Part shown: in pieces, positions 8,658 through 17,681 of the stretch
How positions within the stretch are numbered: the stretch's first letter is position 1
Layout: each line of letters starts with the position of its first letter
Source: Armatimonadota bacterium
GTDB lineage: Bacteria > Armatimonadota > Armatimonadia > Armatimonadales > Armatimonadaceae
NCBI GenBank assembly: GCA_043754515.1
Contig: JAYUUO010000232.1
Span: 1 to 27,287 of the forward strand
Length of the DNA: 27,287 nt
Direction: 5' to 3'
Position numbers and translations under genes: made by a program
Notes under the pieces: model-generated
Seen by the model: the letters and a program-made list of their open reading frames with translations, nothing else
The model's database searches: none
What the model was told of the DNA's origin: nothing

Positions 8658-8713
8658 TTGACAACAACCCGGTATATACGGTACAACGAATCGCGTAACC
8701 AAATGTTTAGTTA
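8658..8713 (+). promoter_or_regulatory. Candidate promoter with downstream LacI-type operator
   Basis: TTGACA at 8658-8663, weak -10 TACAAC at N18, then near-palindrome TAACCAAATGTTTAGTTA (8696-8713). Confidence 0.45.
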
Positions 8714-8735
8714 ATCTGTTCTAGCGATCAAAGCC

Positions 8736-9806
8736 TTGAAAAAAGCAGCAACCCTCAAAGATGTCGCGTTGATAGCGGGTGTGAGTCCCTACACGGTATC
8801 CGCCGTGGTGAACGGGTCACGCTCCAACACGCTCGTCTCCGAGGCGACGCGGCGGCGAATAATGGAGTCGGCGGCCAAGGTTGACTACCATCCGAACGCG
8901 GTCGCTCGTAGCCTCGCTTCGCGCAAGACGTTCTCGATAGGTGTGCTATTCGGTGTGCTGAACCCGACCGCCGCTATCGGCAACGCTTACGCGATCGCGC
9001 TTTTGCAGGGCATCATGGACGAGGCGGCGGCGCACCGCTACAACATCCTGCTTTTCACTCAGGAGTGGGAAGACGCCGTCCGCTCCGCTCCCGGCTTCCG
9101 GGACAGACGCACCGATGGCGTGATCCTCGTCGCCCCGCTCACCGATACCGACATGCTCGCCGCTCTGTCCGCCCTGCCGATCCCGCTCGTCGCCATATCG
9201 CCGGACCCCGCCCTTTGCCCGGCCCATGTGCCGTCCGTTGACGTGGACAATGCGGCGGGGATTCGTCAGGCGGTGCGGCACCTCGCGGATCTGGGCCACA
9301 CCCGCATCGCGCATATCACCGGGAATCCGAATGTGGCGAGTGTTGACCAGCGCCGGAAGGCTTTCATCCTGTCGCTCGCGGAGCGCGGTTTGCCCCCCGC
9401 ATTGCCGGGGCATATCGTCACTGCGTCATACGATGCGAAGACGGTTCCTGACCTAGTACCGAGGTTGCTCGATTCGGGCACGCGCCCGACCGCGATTGTG
9501 GCGGGAAACGACAACATCGCCGCCGCCGTCATCATGGCCTGTCGCTCACTCGGTGTCAGCGTACCCGGTCAGCTATCTGTGATCGGGTTTGACGGGTTGC
9601 TCTCCGAGAGCGAGGTCACCCCAGCGTTGTCTACTATCCGGCAGCCGATTCGCGAGATCGGCGCGGAGGCAGTACGTCTCTTACTCGCGGAAATAGAGTC
9701 ATCGAAAGAGTCGGATGTGGTCGGTGGGCGTGTCCACCATCCCATATATCTTGCGCCGGAGCTGGTACTCCGGGGGTCGGTGGGTCGTGTAGCGACTAAC
9801 AATTAG
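8736..9806 (+). CDS. LacI-family transcriptional regulator
   Basis: TLKDVALIAGVSPYTVSAVVN helix-turn-helix, YHPNAVARSL hinge, VDVDN..G, VPGQLSVIGFD, LSTIRQP and ELVLRGS. Confidence 0.95.
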   Translation: MKKAATLKDVALIAGVSPYTVSAVVNGSRSNTLVSEATRRRIMESAAKVDYHPNAVARSLASRKTFSIGVLFGVLNPTAAIGNAYAIALLQGIMDEAAAHRYNILLFTQEWEDAVRSAPGFRDRRTDGVILVAPLTDTDMLAALSALPIPLVAISPDPALCPAHVPSVDVDNAAGIRQAVRHLADLGHTRIAHITGNPNVASVDQRRKAFILSLAERGLPPALPGHIVTASYDAKTVPDLVPRLLDSGTRPTAIVAGNDNIAAAVIMACRSLGVSVPGQLSVIGFDGLLSESEVTPALSTIRQPIREIGAEAVRLLLAEIESSKESDVVGGRVHHPIYLAPELVLRGSVGRVATNN

Positions 9807-9928
9807 CATAAATGAGTCATCGAGAATGAGTGCCGTGATCCTCAATACAGATTTATGCGTGATGTGCCAACAATGAATCTCATAAACTCCAGGCTCAGCC
9901 ATTGAGTTCTTATGGAAGGGGGTGAAGA

Positions 9929-10606
9929 ATGCGAATTATTTTGAAACCTGTCGGCACCGTCTGCGTTCTACTTGCGTTCGTGAGTCTCGTGTGGCTTGCG
10001 ATATTCAAGTCGGGCATGGGACAACCGCGAAAGGACCAGGTGGCATATGAGTCACCGAAAAACCGGGATGCCATGGCTTTATCCACGGTGCCGACGGATA
10101 AGATTCTCAACGGTGGTTTCGAGGATAACTACCTCCCCGTCCAACCCTACTCGACGGTTGGAAAGTCGTCTGGCGTGATCGCCGCGTCATGGCTAGACGA
10201 TTCTAGTTGGGCACCGGTTACCGTCGAGTATTCGCGCGATGAGCAGGATCCCCATGGCGGGAAATCATGCCAGAAGATAGCTGTTATGGAAGTGGCGCAA
10301 GGGAAAGAGGCGCGGCTACAGTTCGTACAGGAACTGAATTTGCGGATTAAAACGTCATACAAGGCATCGTGCTGGATCCGTGCCGATCGCCCGACGACGG
10401 TTGATTTCGCGCTAAGACAAAAGATGTTCCCATATCGCTACTATGGAGTCTGCAAAGTCAGCGTAGGGAGAACCTGGCAACCGATCTCGGTGTCTGGAAC
10501 GCCCACTGTGGCAGGTAGTAGCTGGGTAATGGTGAAGGTGAGCAAGCCGGTGACGCTCTGGGTTGACGATGCAACAATCGCCGTTGCTTCCACCCCACCC
10601 GGATGA
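9929..10606 (+). CDS. Membrane-anchored carbohydrate-binding domain protein (CBM4/9-like galactose-binding fold)
   Basis: N-terminal hydrophobic helix; ILNGGFE, W.DDSSW, HGGKSCQKI, Y.AS.WIRA, TWQ and LWVDDA motifs; SD-like GGAAGGGGG upstream. Confidence 0.7.
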   Translation: MRIILKPVGTVCVLLAFVSLVWLAIFKSGMGQPRKDQVAYESPKNRDAMALSTVPTDKILNGGFEDNYLPVQPYSTVGKSSGVIAASWLDDSSWAPVTVEYSRDEQDPHGGKSCQKIAVMEVAQGKEARLQFVQELNLRIKTSYKASCWIRADRPTTVDFALRQKMFPYRYYGVCKVSVGRTWQPISVSGTPTVAGSSWVMVKVSKPVTLWVDDATIAVASTPPG

Positions 10607-10692
10607 TCATCAGACACCGAGTAGGCGTGTGTAGACGTCGTAGCGCAGAGGGAATCACAATTCTTCGTTCGATGATAGAAAGATAAGTCAAG

Positions 10693-11550
10693 ATGAAAAA
10701 CAACGCAGTCGCCGTTCGCTCCCTGGGGAGATCGGCATTTACCCTGATCGAGTTACTCGTGGTAATAGCAATTATCGCCATACTAGCCGCGATCCTGTTC
10801 CCCGTGTTTGCCCAAGCTCGGGAGAAAGCAAGACAGACCACGTGTCTGTCGAACGAGAAGCAGATAGGCCTCGCCGTCCTTCAGTATGTGCAGGACTTCG
10901 ACGAGACATATCCGCAGTCCGAAGACGGCACGATGAGCGGGGGCAACCCCGACTCGCGCCCCTGGCACAATCAGGTACAACCATACATCAAAAATGGCGA
11001 TACCTACAATGGCGTCGCATACGGAAAAGGGGGCGTATGGAGTTGCCCGTCTTGGCCTGAGAGTGGGACATCAATGGACGACCAGGGGCAACGATATGGG
11101 TGCAATGACATGTTCATCGGCAACTACGGCGCGGCCCCAGCCTCGGTCAGAGCTACTGTGCCTGTCGCACAGATTGACGCGCCCGCAAGCAAGGTGATGA
11201 TTGTCGAGAAGGGGCGGAACGGGGCGGGTTGGGCGTGGCCCGACTTTATCTCTTTGCAGGGTTTCTGGACGGGAAGCGTACTTACCGGCGGCGTCTATGA
11301 CGCCTCGAAGGACGGGTCGCAGTTCTCCGCAGACAAAAGCCGGGACAAAGACAGCGAGTTAGGCAACACGAACTGGGAGGGGGGGCGTACCATCCGGTAT
11401 CGGCACGGAGGCGTAGCGAATGTCGGGTTCGCGGACGGCCACGTCAAGGGGTACCCGAAGGGTAAGTTGCGCTGGTATGAAAACATCTACCTGCCCAAGA
11501 TCTACGAGCGTCGCCGCGAGGAGATGGGCTGGTGGCCCGACGTCCAGTAA
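10693..11550 (+). CDS. Prepilin-type N-terminal cleavage/methylation protein with DUF1559 and H-X9-DG motif
   Basis: [45 protein letters not shown]-terminal [16 protein letters not shown]. Confidence 0.93.
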   Translation: MKNNAVAVRSLGRSAFTLIELLVVIAIIAILAAILFPVFAQAREKARQTTCLSNEKQIGLAVLQYVQDFDETYPQSEDGTMSGGNPDSRPWHNQVQPYIKNGDTYNGVAYGKGGVWSCPSWPESGTSMDDQGQRYGCNDMFIGNYGAAPASVRATVPVAQIDAPASKVMIVEKGRNGAGWAWPDFISLQGFWTGSVLTGGVYDASKDGSQFSADKSRDKDSELGNTNWEGGRTIRYRHGGVANVGFADGHVKGYPKGKLRWYENIYLPKIYERRREEMGWWPDVQ

Positions 11551-11622
11551 CAGGTGACCGTGAGGGGTGCCGTCGCCGTGGACTTCGACGGCGGTGCCCG
11601 TGTTTGTGCGAAAGGAAATTCG

Positions 11623-11856
11623 ATGAAGATCGTGAAGGCTTGTTCGTCCCTCGTTGCTCTGTGCATCGTGGCACTTTTGGGTGCGGGATGTGGGGAGAAG
11701 ACCATGGACAACGCGGGCACCGAGACCCCGTCGGGCGCGAAGGGTGCCACAACTTCCGCCGGGACTATGTCATCCGGGCAGGCCGCGCAGATGCAGGAGT
11801 CGCAACGCGCGGACGCGGCGACGAGATCCGCCAACGCGCCGAAGTCGCCCAAATGA
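11623..11856 (+). CDS. Small predicted lipoprotein (77 aa, low-complexity mature part)
   Basis: AAAGGA SD; MKIVK, hydrophobic core and lipobox-like LGAG|C; Ala/Thr/Ser/Gln-rich tail. Confidence 0.7.
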   Translation: MKIVKACSSLVALCIVALLGAGCGEKTMDNAGTETPSGAKGATTSAGTMSSGQAAQMQESQRADAATRSANAPKSPK

Positions 11857-11887
11857 GTGCCACGCGCGGCAAGATAGGATCGCATTC

Positions 11888-13234
11888 ATGAGAGCCATAA
11901 CAGCGTTCGTGACCACGCCGGACCGGAGACGGCTCCACGCGCCGGTCGTCGTCGGCCCGGCACCGGCGAACCACGACGTAGCTATTCAGGTTGACGAATC
12001 GCGGCGGATGCAGACGATGCGCGGGTTCGGCGCGGCACTTACCGACTCGTCGGCGTTCCTGCTGTCGCGTCTGCCTTCGGCCAAACGCGAATCGGCACTC
12101 CATGATCTGTTCGGCACGCGCGCGGGTGGCATTGGCCTTTCCGTGATCCGCGTACCGATGGGTGCGAGCGACTTCTCGTCGCATGGCAGTTACACCTACA
12201 ATGACCTGCCACCCGGCGAGACCGACCTCACGCAGGCGCGGTTTTCGATCAAGCGCGACGAGGCCTATATCCTGCCGCTCTTGCGCCGCATCCGCGAGAT
12301 CAATCCGGCCCTGACCGTGATCGCATCGCCCTGGAGCGCGCCCGCGTGGATGAAGACGAGTCATCATTTGAACGGCGGCTGGCTGGATTGGCCCGCCTAC
12401 CCCGCGTACGCGCGGTACTTCGTGCGCTTCATCCAGTCATACGAGGCGGCTGGTGTTCCGGTGGACTATGTTACGTTGCAAAACGAGCCGCGCATGGAGC
12501 GGGATTCGTATCCGACGATGCGTATGGAACCGGGCGATCAAGCCAAGTTTGTCCGCGAAAACCTCGGCCCCGCGCTTCAGCAGGCACGGCTGACGACGAA
12601 GATACTGGTTTGGGACCACAATTGGGACATGCCGGAATACCCACTCGCCGTGCTGTCCGACGCGGGGGCGCGGCCATATATAGCGGGCGTCGCCTGGCAC
12701 GGCTATGCCGGAACCCCCGACGCGCAGGAGGCGGTGCGCCGCGCTTATCCGGGGATCGAGACTCATTTCACGGAAAGCACCGGTGGCGATTTCGCCCCCG
12801 ATTTCGGCGCGAACGTCCGTTGGGACATAACCAACCTTGTCGTCGGAGCAACAAGGTACGGGGCGTCCACAGTCTTGAAATGGAACCTCGCGCTTGATCC
12901 GGCACATGGGCCGCGCAATGGCGGCTGTCCGGACTGTCGCGGCGTGGTAACCATTGATCCGACCACAGGACGGGTCGTCAAAAACGAGGAATTTTATGCG
13001 CTCGGGCACGCTAGTCGCTGGGTGCGACCGGGTGCCATTCGCCTCGGGATGGTTAACACCAAAGCGTTCCCTGGCGCGGCATTCTTGAATCGTGATCGCT
13101 CGTTAGTCTTCGTCGGCGCAAACAGCGACACGTCGTCCGCCCAGATTCTGCTTATAGGGAGTGGGGCGCGGGGGGCGGGCACTATCTCCGTGCCGTCTGG
13201 CGCGTCTGTCACGGTGGTCTTTGCCACATCGTAA
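11888..13234 (+). CDS. Glycoside hydrolase family 30 (glucosylceramidase / endo-beta-1,6-glucanase-like)
   Basis: Q.M.GFGAALTDSS, R.PMGASDFS, SPWSAPAWMKT, QNEP (acid/base), WDHNWD, HFTE (nucleophile), WNLALD and C..CRGVVTI. Start assigned to ATG 11888. Confidence 0.92.
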   Translation: MRAITAFVTTPDRRRLHAPVVVGPAPANHDVAIQVDESRRMQTMRGFGAALTDSSAFLLSRLPSAKRESALHDLFGTRAGGIGLSVIRVPMGASDFSSHGSYTYNDLPPGETDLTQARFSIKRDEAYILPLLRRIREINPALTVIASPWSAPAWMKTSHHLNGGWLDWPAYPAYARYFVRFIQSYEAAGVPVDYVTLQNEPRMERDSYPTMRMEPGDQAKFVRENLGPALQQARLTTKILVWDHNWDMPEYPLAVLSDAGARPYIAGVAWHGYAGTPDAQEAVRRAYPGIETHFTESTGGDFAPDFGANVRWDITNLVVGATRYGASTVLKWNLALDPAHGPRNGGCPDCRGVVTIDPTTGRVVKNEEFYALGHASRWVRPGAIRLGMVNTKAFPGAAFLNRDRSLVFVGANSDTSSAQILLIGSGARGAGTISVPSGASVTVVFATS

Positions 13235-13290
13235 TCTGCCACCGGGCGTGTAATTAACTGTCTGTGTCCGCCGTTCTCCGGACGGAAAGG

Positions 13291-13318
13291 TCGCCCCGCG
13301 ACATGAGTCGCGGGGCGA
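13291..13318. terminator. Hairpin between convergent genes, probable terminator
   Basis: TCGCCCCGCGAC-ATGA-GTCGCGGGGCGA, perfect 12-bp stem; only short U tracts. Confidence 0.6.
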
Positions 13319-13337
13319 TCTTATGCTCCTCAACCAA

Positions 13338-14129
13338 CTAAATGGTGTTGGTGGTCGCCCCCGCCTCGGGACCCGCCGCGTTCACGGTGCGGGTCAGAAT
13401 GCCTATGGCGCGTCGCGCCTTTTTCTCGTTAGTAGTCAGGTTCTGGTTCGCGGCGAGTTTCGCCATGCGCTTATTGATTTGGGTTAGCGAGTCATAAGTG
13501 CTATCCAGTTTCGTGGAAAGCGTTTCGCCGTTCACGGCGGCCGTGGTGACGTACTTAGTCAACTCCTGCTCTAGCGCATCGCCTACCTGCTTCATCGCCT
13601 GCGGGTCCTTACCATCTTTAAGCATTTGCCCTATGCTGTCCTTGTGCGCCGAAAGTAGATCGTCGAATGAGTCGCCGAGTTCCTTAGAGGACGAGGTGAA
13701 ATACTTCGTCATGTCGTTCTCGACTTGCGATTCGAGCGCGGCGCGGTACTGCGGGATCTGCTTGATCGCATAATCCGGCAACTGCTCTATTAGTTTCGGA
13801 ACCCGCGTTCTAATCTCCATGGCTATTTGCGGTGCTTGCGTATCCACCTGGTCTTTGATAAGACCGGTCGCCACTTCCGCGGCGGCGGCGGGTTGTAGGG
13901 TTTGGTTCAGATGGTTCGCAATGTACCCGGTGTACAGCATGATGCCGAGCGTGCCGACGCACGCCAATATCTGCGTCAGTCGCAGTGACTTGCGGGCTTC
14001 GCCCAGTTCTTTGTGTATGAATCGCTCTGCCACCGGCTCACCGCTGGTTGTCGAGGCGGTTGTGCTGGCTCCCGGTTCGTCATAAACGCGCACGTTAGGT
14101 GTGTTGTTTGAGTTGTTAGATGTTGCCAT
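13338..14129 (-). CDS. Hypothetical single-pass membrane protein with long alpha-helical domain
   Basis: 263 aa; SD AAGGGGG; one hydrophobic segment (ILACVGTLGIMLYTGYIA); remainder looks amphipathic-helical. Confidence 0.8.
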   Translation of the reverse strand: MATSNNSNNTPNVRVYDEPGASTTASTTSGEPVAERFIHKELGEARKSLRLTQILACVGTLGIMLYTGYIANHLNQTLQPAAAAEVATGLIKDQVDTQAPQIAMEIRTRVPKLIEQLPDYAIKQIPQYRAALESQVENDMTKYFTSSSKELGDSFDDLLSAHKDSIGQMLKDGKDPQAMKQVGDALEQELTKYVTTAAVNGETLSTKLDSTYDSLTQINKRMAKLAANQNLTTNEKKARRAIGILTRTVNAAGPEAGATTNTI

Positions 14130-14139
14130 GGTGTCCCCC

Positions 14140-14907
14140 TTATTTCGTGCTCACTTTGTTGTTCGGTAGTTCGGCGGAGGCTACCGCTTTGGTGCCCGAC
14201 TTCTGCCTCTGGTTGGCCACTGTCTGGATGTCTTTCATGTCGTCATGTACGACGTCCATGAACGCGAGTGCCATGTCCCAGTTGTCTCCCATCGCCGATG
14301 CGGGCGTCTTCGCTTCATCGAGACGAATTTTTTCCATGTTCGACACGATGTCGTTGAGAGCGGTCTGGTGCTTGCCGATCAGCTTGTTGTTTACGGAGAC
14401 CGCGCGCTCCTGACCCATCGCGGTCAGGTTCTGCGTTAACGCCTTGACGTTCTCCTCGGTCGCGTCGGGGAACATCTGGCGGATCTTCTGGTCCTTCGAG
14501 GTAATCATTTCGCCGAACGTGGAGCCGAGTAATTTCTGGCCTTTGGCGGGGAGTGAAGTCTGCAACGACTGCAACTCTTTGACCGACGCCGAGGCGAGTT
14601 CGGGAACGCGGCCATTCAGTTTTGTGAAAGACGCCTCTACCTCGGGGCGGGCCTGGGCGATAGTTTGCGCGGCTAGGGTCTGCACGCCTGGGGCGATATC
14701 CTTCTGAATGTTGCTGGACAGAATAGAAACGAACTTCTCTTGGCGGGGTCCGGTATTGAAAAGCCCCCGCACTGAGTCATTAACGATGATCATGCATCCG
14801 GCTACCCAGGCGATACTGAGTATCCCTGCTCCCAAACGCCAAAAGCTAGTCTGCCTCCGTAGGTTTTCTAGTTCGACGATCTCTGATTGTGTATTCAACG
14901 CATCCAT
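14140..14907 (-). CDS. Hypothetical single-pass membrane protein with long alpha-helical domain
   Basis: Start ATG 14907 with AGGAG SD (255 aa); one TM (LGAGILSIAWVAGCMIIV); 10-nt gap to the downstream gene. Confidence 0.8.
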   Translation of the reverse strand: MDALNTQSEIVELENLRRQTSFWRLGAGILSIAWVAGCMIIVNDSVRGLFNTGPRQEKFVSILSSNIQKDIAPGVQTLAAQTIAQARPEVEASFTKLNGRVPELASASVKELQSLQTSLPAKGQKLLGSTFGEMITSKDQKIRQMFPDATEENVKALTQNLTAMGQERAVSVNNKLIGKHQTALNDIVSNMEKIRLDEAKTPASAMGDNWDMALAFMDVVHDDMKDIQTVANQRQKSGTKAVASAELPNNKVSTK

Positions 14908-15077
14908 GGAACGCACTCCTTGCTTGTTGTATGTTGGGCATGGGTTAGGCAGGTTACCGCGCCCCGAGCCGCGAATTACCAACTAACAACTAACTTCATG
15001 ATTAGGATAACCCGCTTCCTTTGTTCCCTTCCTAGGGCGTGTTTAATCCTGCCGACGCAAGTATGATAAAATGCGAC

Positions 15078-16190
15078 ATGCTTGTTGGTGTACCAAGGGA
15101 AGTAAAAGAGGACGAGAACCGTGTCGGTCTTCTCCCCTCCGGCGTCGAAGCACTGATTGCCGGTGGACACACCGTTTTTGTCGAGGCTGACGCCGGGGGC
15201 GGGATCGGCATCAAGGACTCCGACTACCGCGCGGCGGGCGCGGCCATCACTACGTCCGCCGAAGAGGTGTACGCCCGATCCGAAATGATCGTTAAAGTCA
15301 AGGAGCCGCTTCCCGTCGAGTATCCACTTCTACGTCCCGGTCAGATTCTATTTACCTACTTCCACTTCGCCGCCTCGAAGACGCTGACCGACGCCTGCCT
15401 GCGCTCCAGAGCGATCTGCATTGCGTACGAGACGGTGGAGCTCGCCGACGGCTCGCTCCCGCTACTCGCCCCGATGAGCGAGGTCGCCGGGCGGATGGCG
15501 GTTCAGGAAGGCGCGAAGTATCTGGAAAAGGCGATGGGTGGGCGGGGCATCCTGCTCGGCGGCGTGCCGGGCGTGGCCCCCGCGAACGTAGTCATCGTCG
15601 GCGGTGGCATGGTCGGCGCGGAGGCGGCAAAAATCGCGGCGGGCATGGGCGCGCGGGTCACCATCTTCGACGTGTCACTCCCGCGGTTGCGCTACCTGGA
15701 TGACGTGATGCCCGCGAACGTCGTTACGCTCTACTCGACGCGGGCGGCGATCCGCGAGAAGGCGCTTGAAGCAGATCTGCTTATCGGTGCCGTCCTTTTG
15801 CGCGGCGCGAAGGCACCGACTCTTGTCCCCCGCTCCACGGTCGCGCAGATGAAGCCCGGCGCGGTGATCGTGGACGTCGCTGTCGATCAGGGCGGGTGCA
15901 TCGAGACCACGCGGCCGACGACACATAAGGAACCGACCTACTTCGTGGACGGCGTGCTTCATTACGGGGTGGCCAACATGCCCGGCGCGGTCCCGTACAC
16001 CTCGACGTTCGCCCTGACTAATGCGACCCTTCCGTATGCGCTCGCCATCGCGGGGAAGGGCTGGAAGAAAGCACTCGCGAGCGACGCCGCGCTACGCGGC
16101 GGACTTAATATCGCGGATGGCAAGATCACCCTGCTCACGCTCGCCGAGCAGTTCGGTCTTGCATTGACCACGCCGGAGTCGCTTCTTTAG
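15078..16190 (+). CDS. ald: Alanine dehydrogenase
   Basis: GVPREVK..ENRV, KVKEP, FTYFH, IAYETV, PLLAPMSEVAGR, GG.GILLGGVPGV, DVAVDQGGC.ET and YGVANMPGAVP.TST. Start moved to ATG 15078. Confidence 0.96.
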   Translation: MLVGVPREVKEDENRVGLLPSGVEALIAGGHTVFVEADAGGGIGIKDSDYRAAGAAITTSAEEVYARSEMIVKVKEPLPVEYPLLRPGQILFTYFHFAASKTLTDACLRSRAICIAYETVELADGSLPLLAPMSEVAGRMAVQEGAKYLEKAMGGRGILLGGVPGVAPANVVIVGGGMVGAEAAKIAAGMGARVTIFDVSLPRLRYLDDVMPANVVTLYSTRAAIREKALEADLLIGAVLLRGAKAPTLVPRSTVAQMKPGAVIVDVAVDQGGCIETTRPTTHKEPTYFVDGVLHYGVANMPGAVPYTSTFALTNATLPYALAIAGKGWKKALASDAALRGGLNIADGKITLLTLAEQFGLALTTPESLL

Positions 16191-16255
16191 ACGGCCAATG
16201 CCCCGGCGGGCGGCGCGTGTCGTTGCTCGCACGTAAGCAGTAAAGATCACTCTAC

Positions 16256-16735
16256 ATGTCCACCCTGTCCCCGAAAGCACAGCTACACGACACTCTGGAA
16301 TCAAGCAACCGATGGCTGGCCGACGACTTCGCAGCGATCCCCGCCGATAAAATGGTCGTCTCGCCAGGCGGCGCGGGGCGCACCCCGATCTCTATCGTGG
16401 CGGAGTGTGCCGACCTGAACCGCATCATGGCGACGCGCCTCGAAACCGGCGCGTTCCCCGAACGCCGCTCACCGGAGGATCGTGAGGCGTTTCTGGACAC
16501 GTTTGACACGCCGGAAAAGGCACTCGCTTTTCTGGATGAGGAGACGCGGCACCTGCTCCGCGTTGTTGACGGTCTGGACGACGCGACGTTCGCCAACACG
16601 CTGATGCACCCGCTCGGCATGGAAACCACGGTGTTCGGCCTCGCGGAGTTCGCCGCGCTCCACATGATGTACCACGACGGGCAACTAAACTACATCCATT
16701 CGCTGTACGGCGATAGCGCGATGCACTGGCGGTGA
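16256..16735 (+). CDS. DinB-family protein (divergent)
   Basis: RTP..IVAECA and HMMYHDGQL.YI motifs; 159 aa. Confidence 0.75.
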   Translation: MSTLSPKAQLHDTLESSNRWLADDFAAIPADKMVVSPGGAGRTPISIVAECADLNRIMATRLETGAFPERRSPEDREAFLDTFDTPEKALAFLDEETRHLLRVVDGLDDATFANTLMHPLGMETTVFGLAEFAALHMMYHDGQLNYIHSLYGDSAMHWR

Positions 16736-16769
16736 AAGTCGTGGCCCGGTCAGCACTACTTCGTGATGA

Positions 16770-16778
16770 TGGTAAAAT
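16770..16778 (+). promoter_or_regulatory. Extended -10 promoter for the second DUF1559 operon
   Basis: TGgTAAAAT about 95 nt upstream of ATG 16872. Confidence 0.5.
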
Positions 16779-16871
16779 CCGACAGCCGCGGGGCACGGGA
16801 AATACGTAACATTCGCCGCCTCGCGAACGTTATTAGAAGCGACAGACGACGCCGGATAGAAGAGACACCGA

Positions 16872-17681
16872 ATGAACAACACGTACCGCGCCCGCATCAT
16901 CCACGGTAGGCCCGCCCGAAGTGGTTTCACCCTTATAGAACTGCTGACCGTTATCGCGATCATCGCCCTGCTCGCCGCGATTATTTTCCCGGTTTTCGCC
17001 GCCGTTCGCGGCAAGGCGCGGGCGACGACCTGCCAATCCAACCTGCGCCAGATAGGCACGGCGGCGCAGATGTACGAGCAGGATTACGACGGCATTGTGC
17101 CCTATGGCAAGGATGCGTCGGACGCCTACGTGCCCGCCATCTGGTCGAGCAAGCCCGCCTGTGCCGCTCAACTCAAAGATATGCCGTTCCTGCATTATGA
17201 CAACCCGGTCGTCGCGACAAAGGGCAAAGACATATCGCTTGCGCAGGAAGGCGTACTCAACCCGTACACCAAGAACCGCGAGATATGGCGGTGCGCGGGC
17301 GACATCGGCTTCGACTCTTTGGACAACAACGACAACTGCGGCGGGCCGTGCCCGCTGGATGCGCGCCCTTCCATGTACGAGGCGTTTGGGGCGTCTTACC
17401 TGACCCGGACCGAACTTGCGTTCCGAGAGGTCAACGTTGACTCGGTGAAAGGCATAACGTTCGACGGTAAGGAGGTCGGCACATCGCAGATCCAGTTCCT
17501 GTTTGATGGCAACGGCTCCTGGCACGGAAGCCCGATTTCGTTCGGGCGGAGCGGACGCCGGTACATCATGCTGTTTCTGGATGGGCACGCTAAAAACCTG
17601 ACCTACGACCAGTACCAGGAGGCGTGGGCAACTATGATCGAGAGCGGCTCCTCTACGGCGGCGAGTGCCCCATGTCTGTAG
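16872..17681 (+). CDS. Prepilin-type cleavage/methylation, DUF1559-like protein
   Basis: RSG|FTLIELLTVIAIIALLAAIIFPVFA.VR.KARATTCQSNLRQIG; LNPYTKN.EIWRC..D; C-terminal WH...LFLDGHAK. Confidence 0.9.
   Translation: MNNTYRARIIHGRPARSGFTLIELLTVIAIIALLAAIIFPVFAAVRGKARATTCQSNLRQIGTAAQMYEQDYDGIVPYGKDASDAYVPAIWSSKPACAAQLKDMPFLHYDNPVVATKGKDISLAQEGVLNPYTKNREIWRCAGDIGFDSLDNNDNCGGPCPLDARPSMYEAFGASYLTRTELAFREVNVDSVKGITFDGKEVGTSQIQFLFDGNGSWHGSPISFGRSGRRYIMLFLDGHAKNLTYDQYQEAWATMIESGSSTAASAPCL

Noticed and set aside
11654..11887. N-terminal extension of GH30 (526-aa ORF)
   Set aside because: Arg/Pro-rich off-frame translation overlapping the lipoprotein gene; not a signal peptide.
14930..14960. ECF-like promoter GTAACC-N15-CAAC for the helical protein pair
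   Set aside because: Short degenerate match with no second copy in the window; could be chance.
16230..16256. Leaderless -10 box for the second DinB gene
   Set aside because: TAAAGAT does not fit TANNNT at the expected spacing, so it was not counted.
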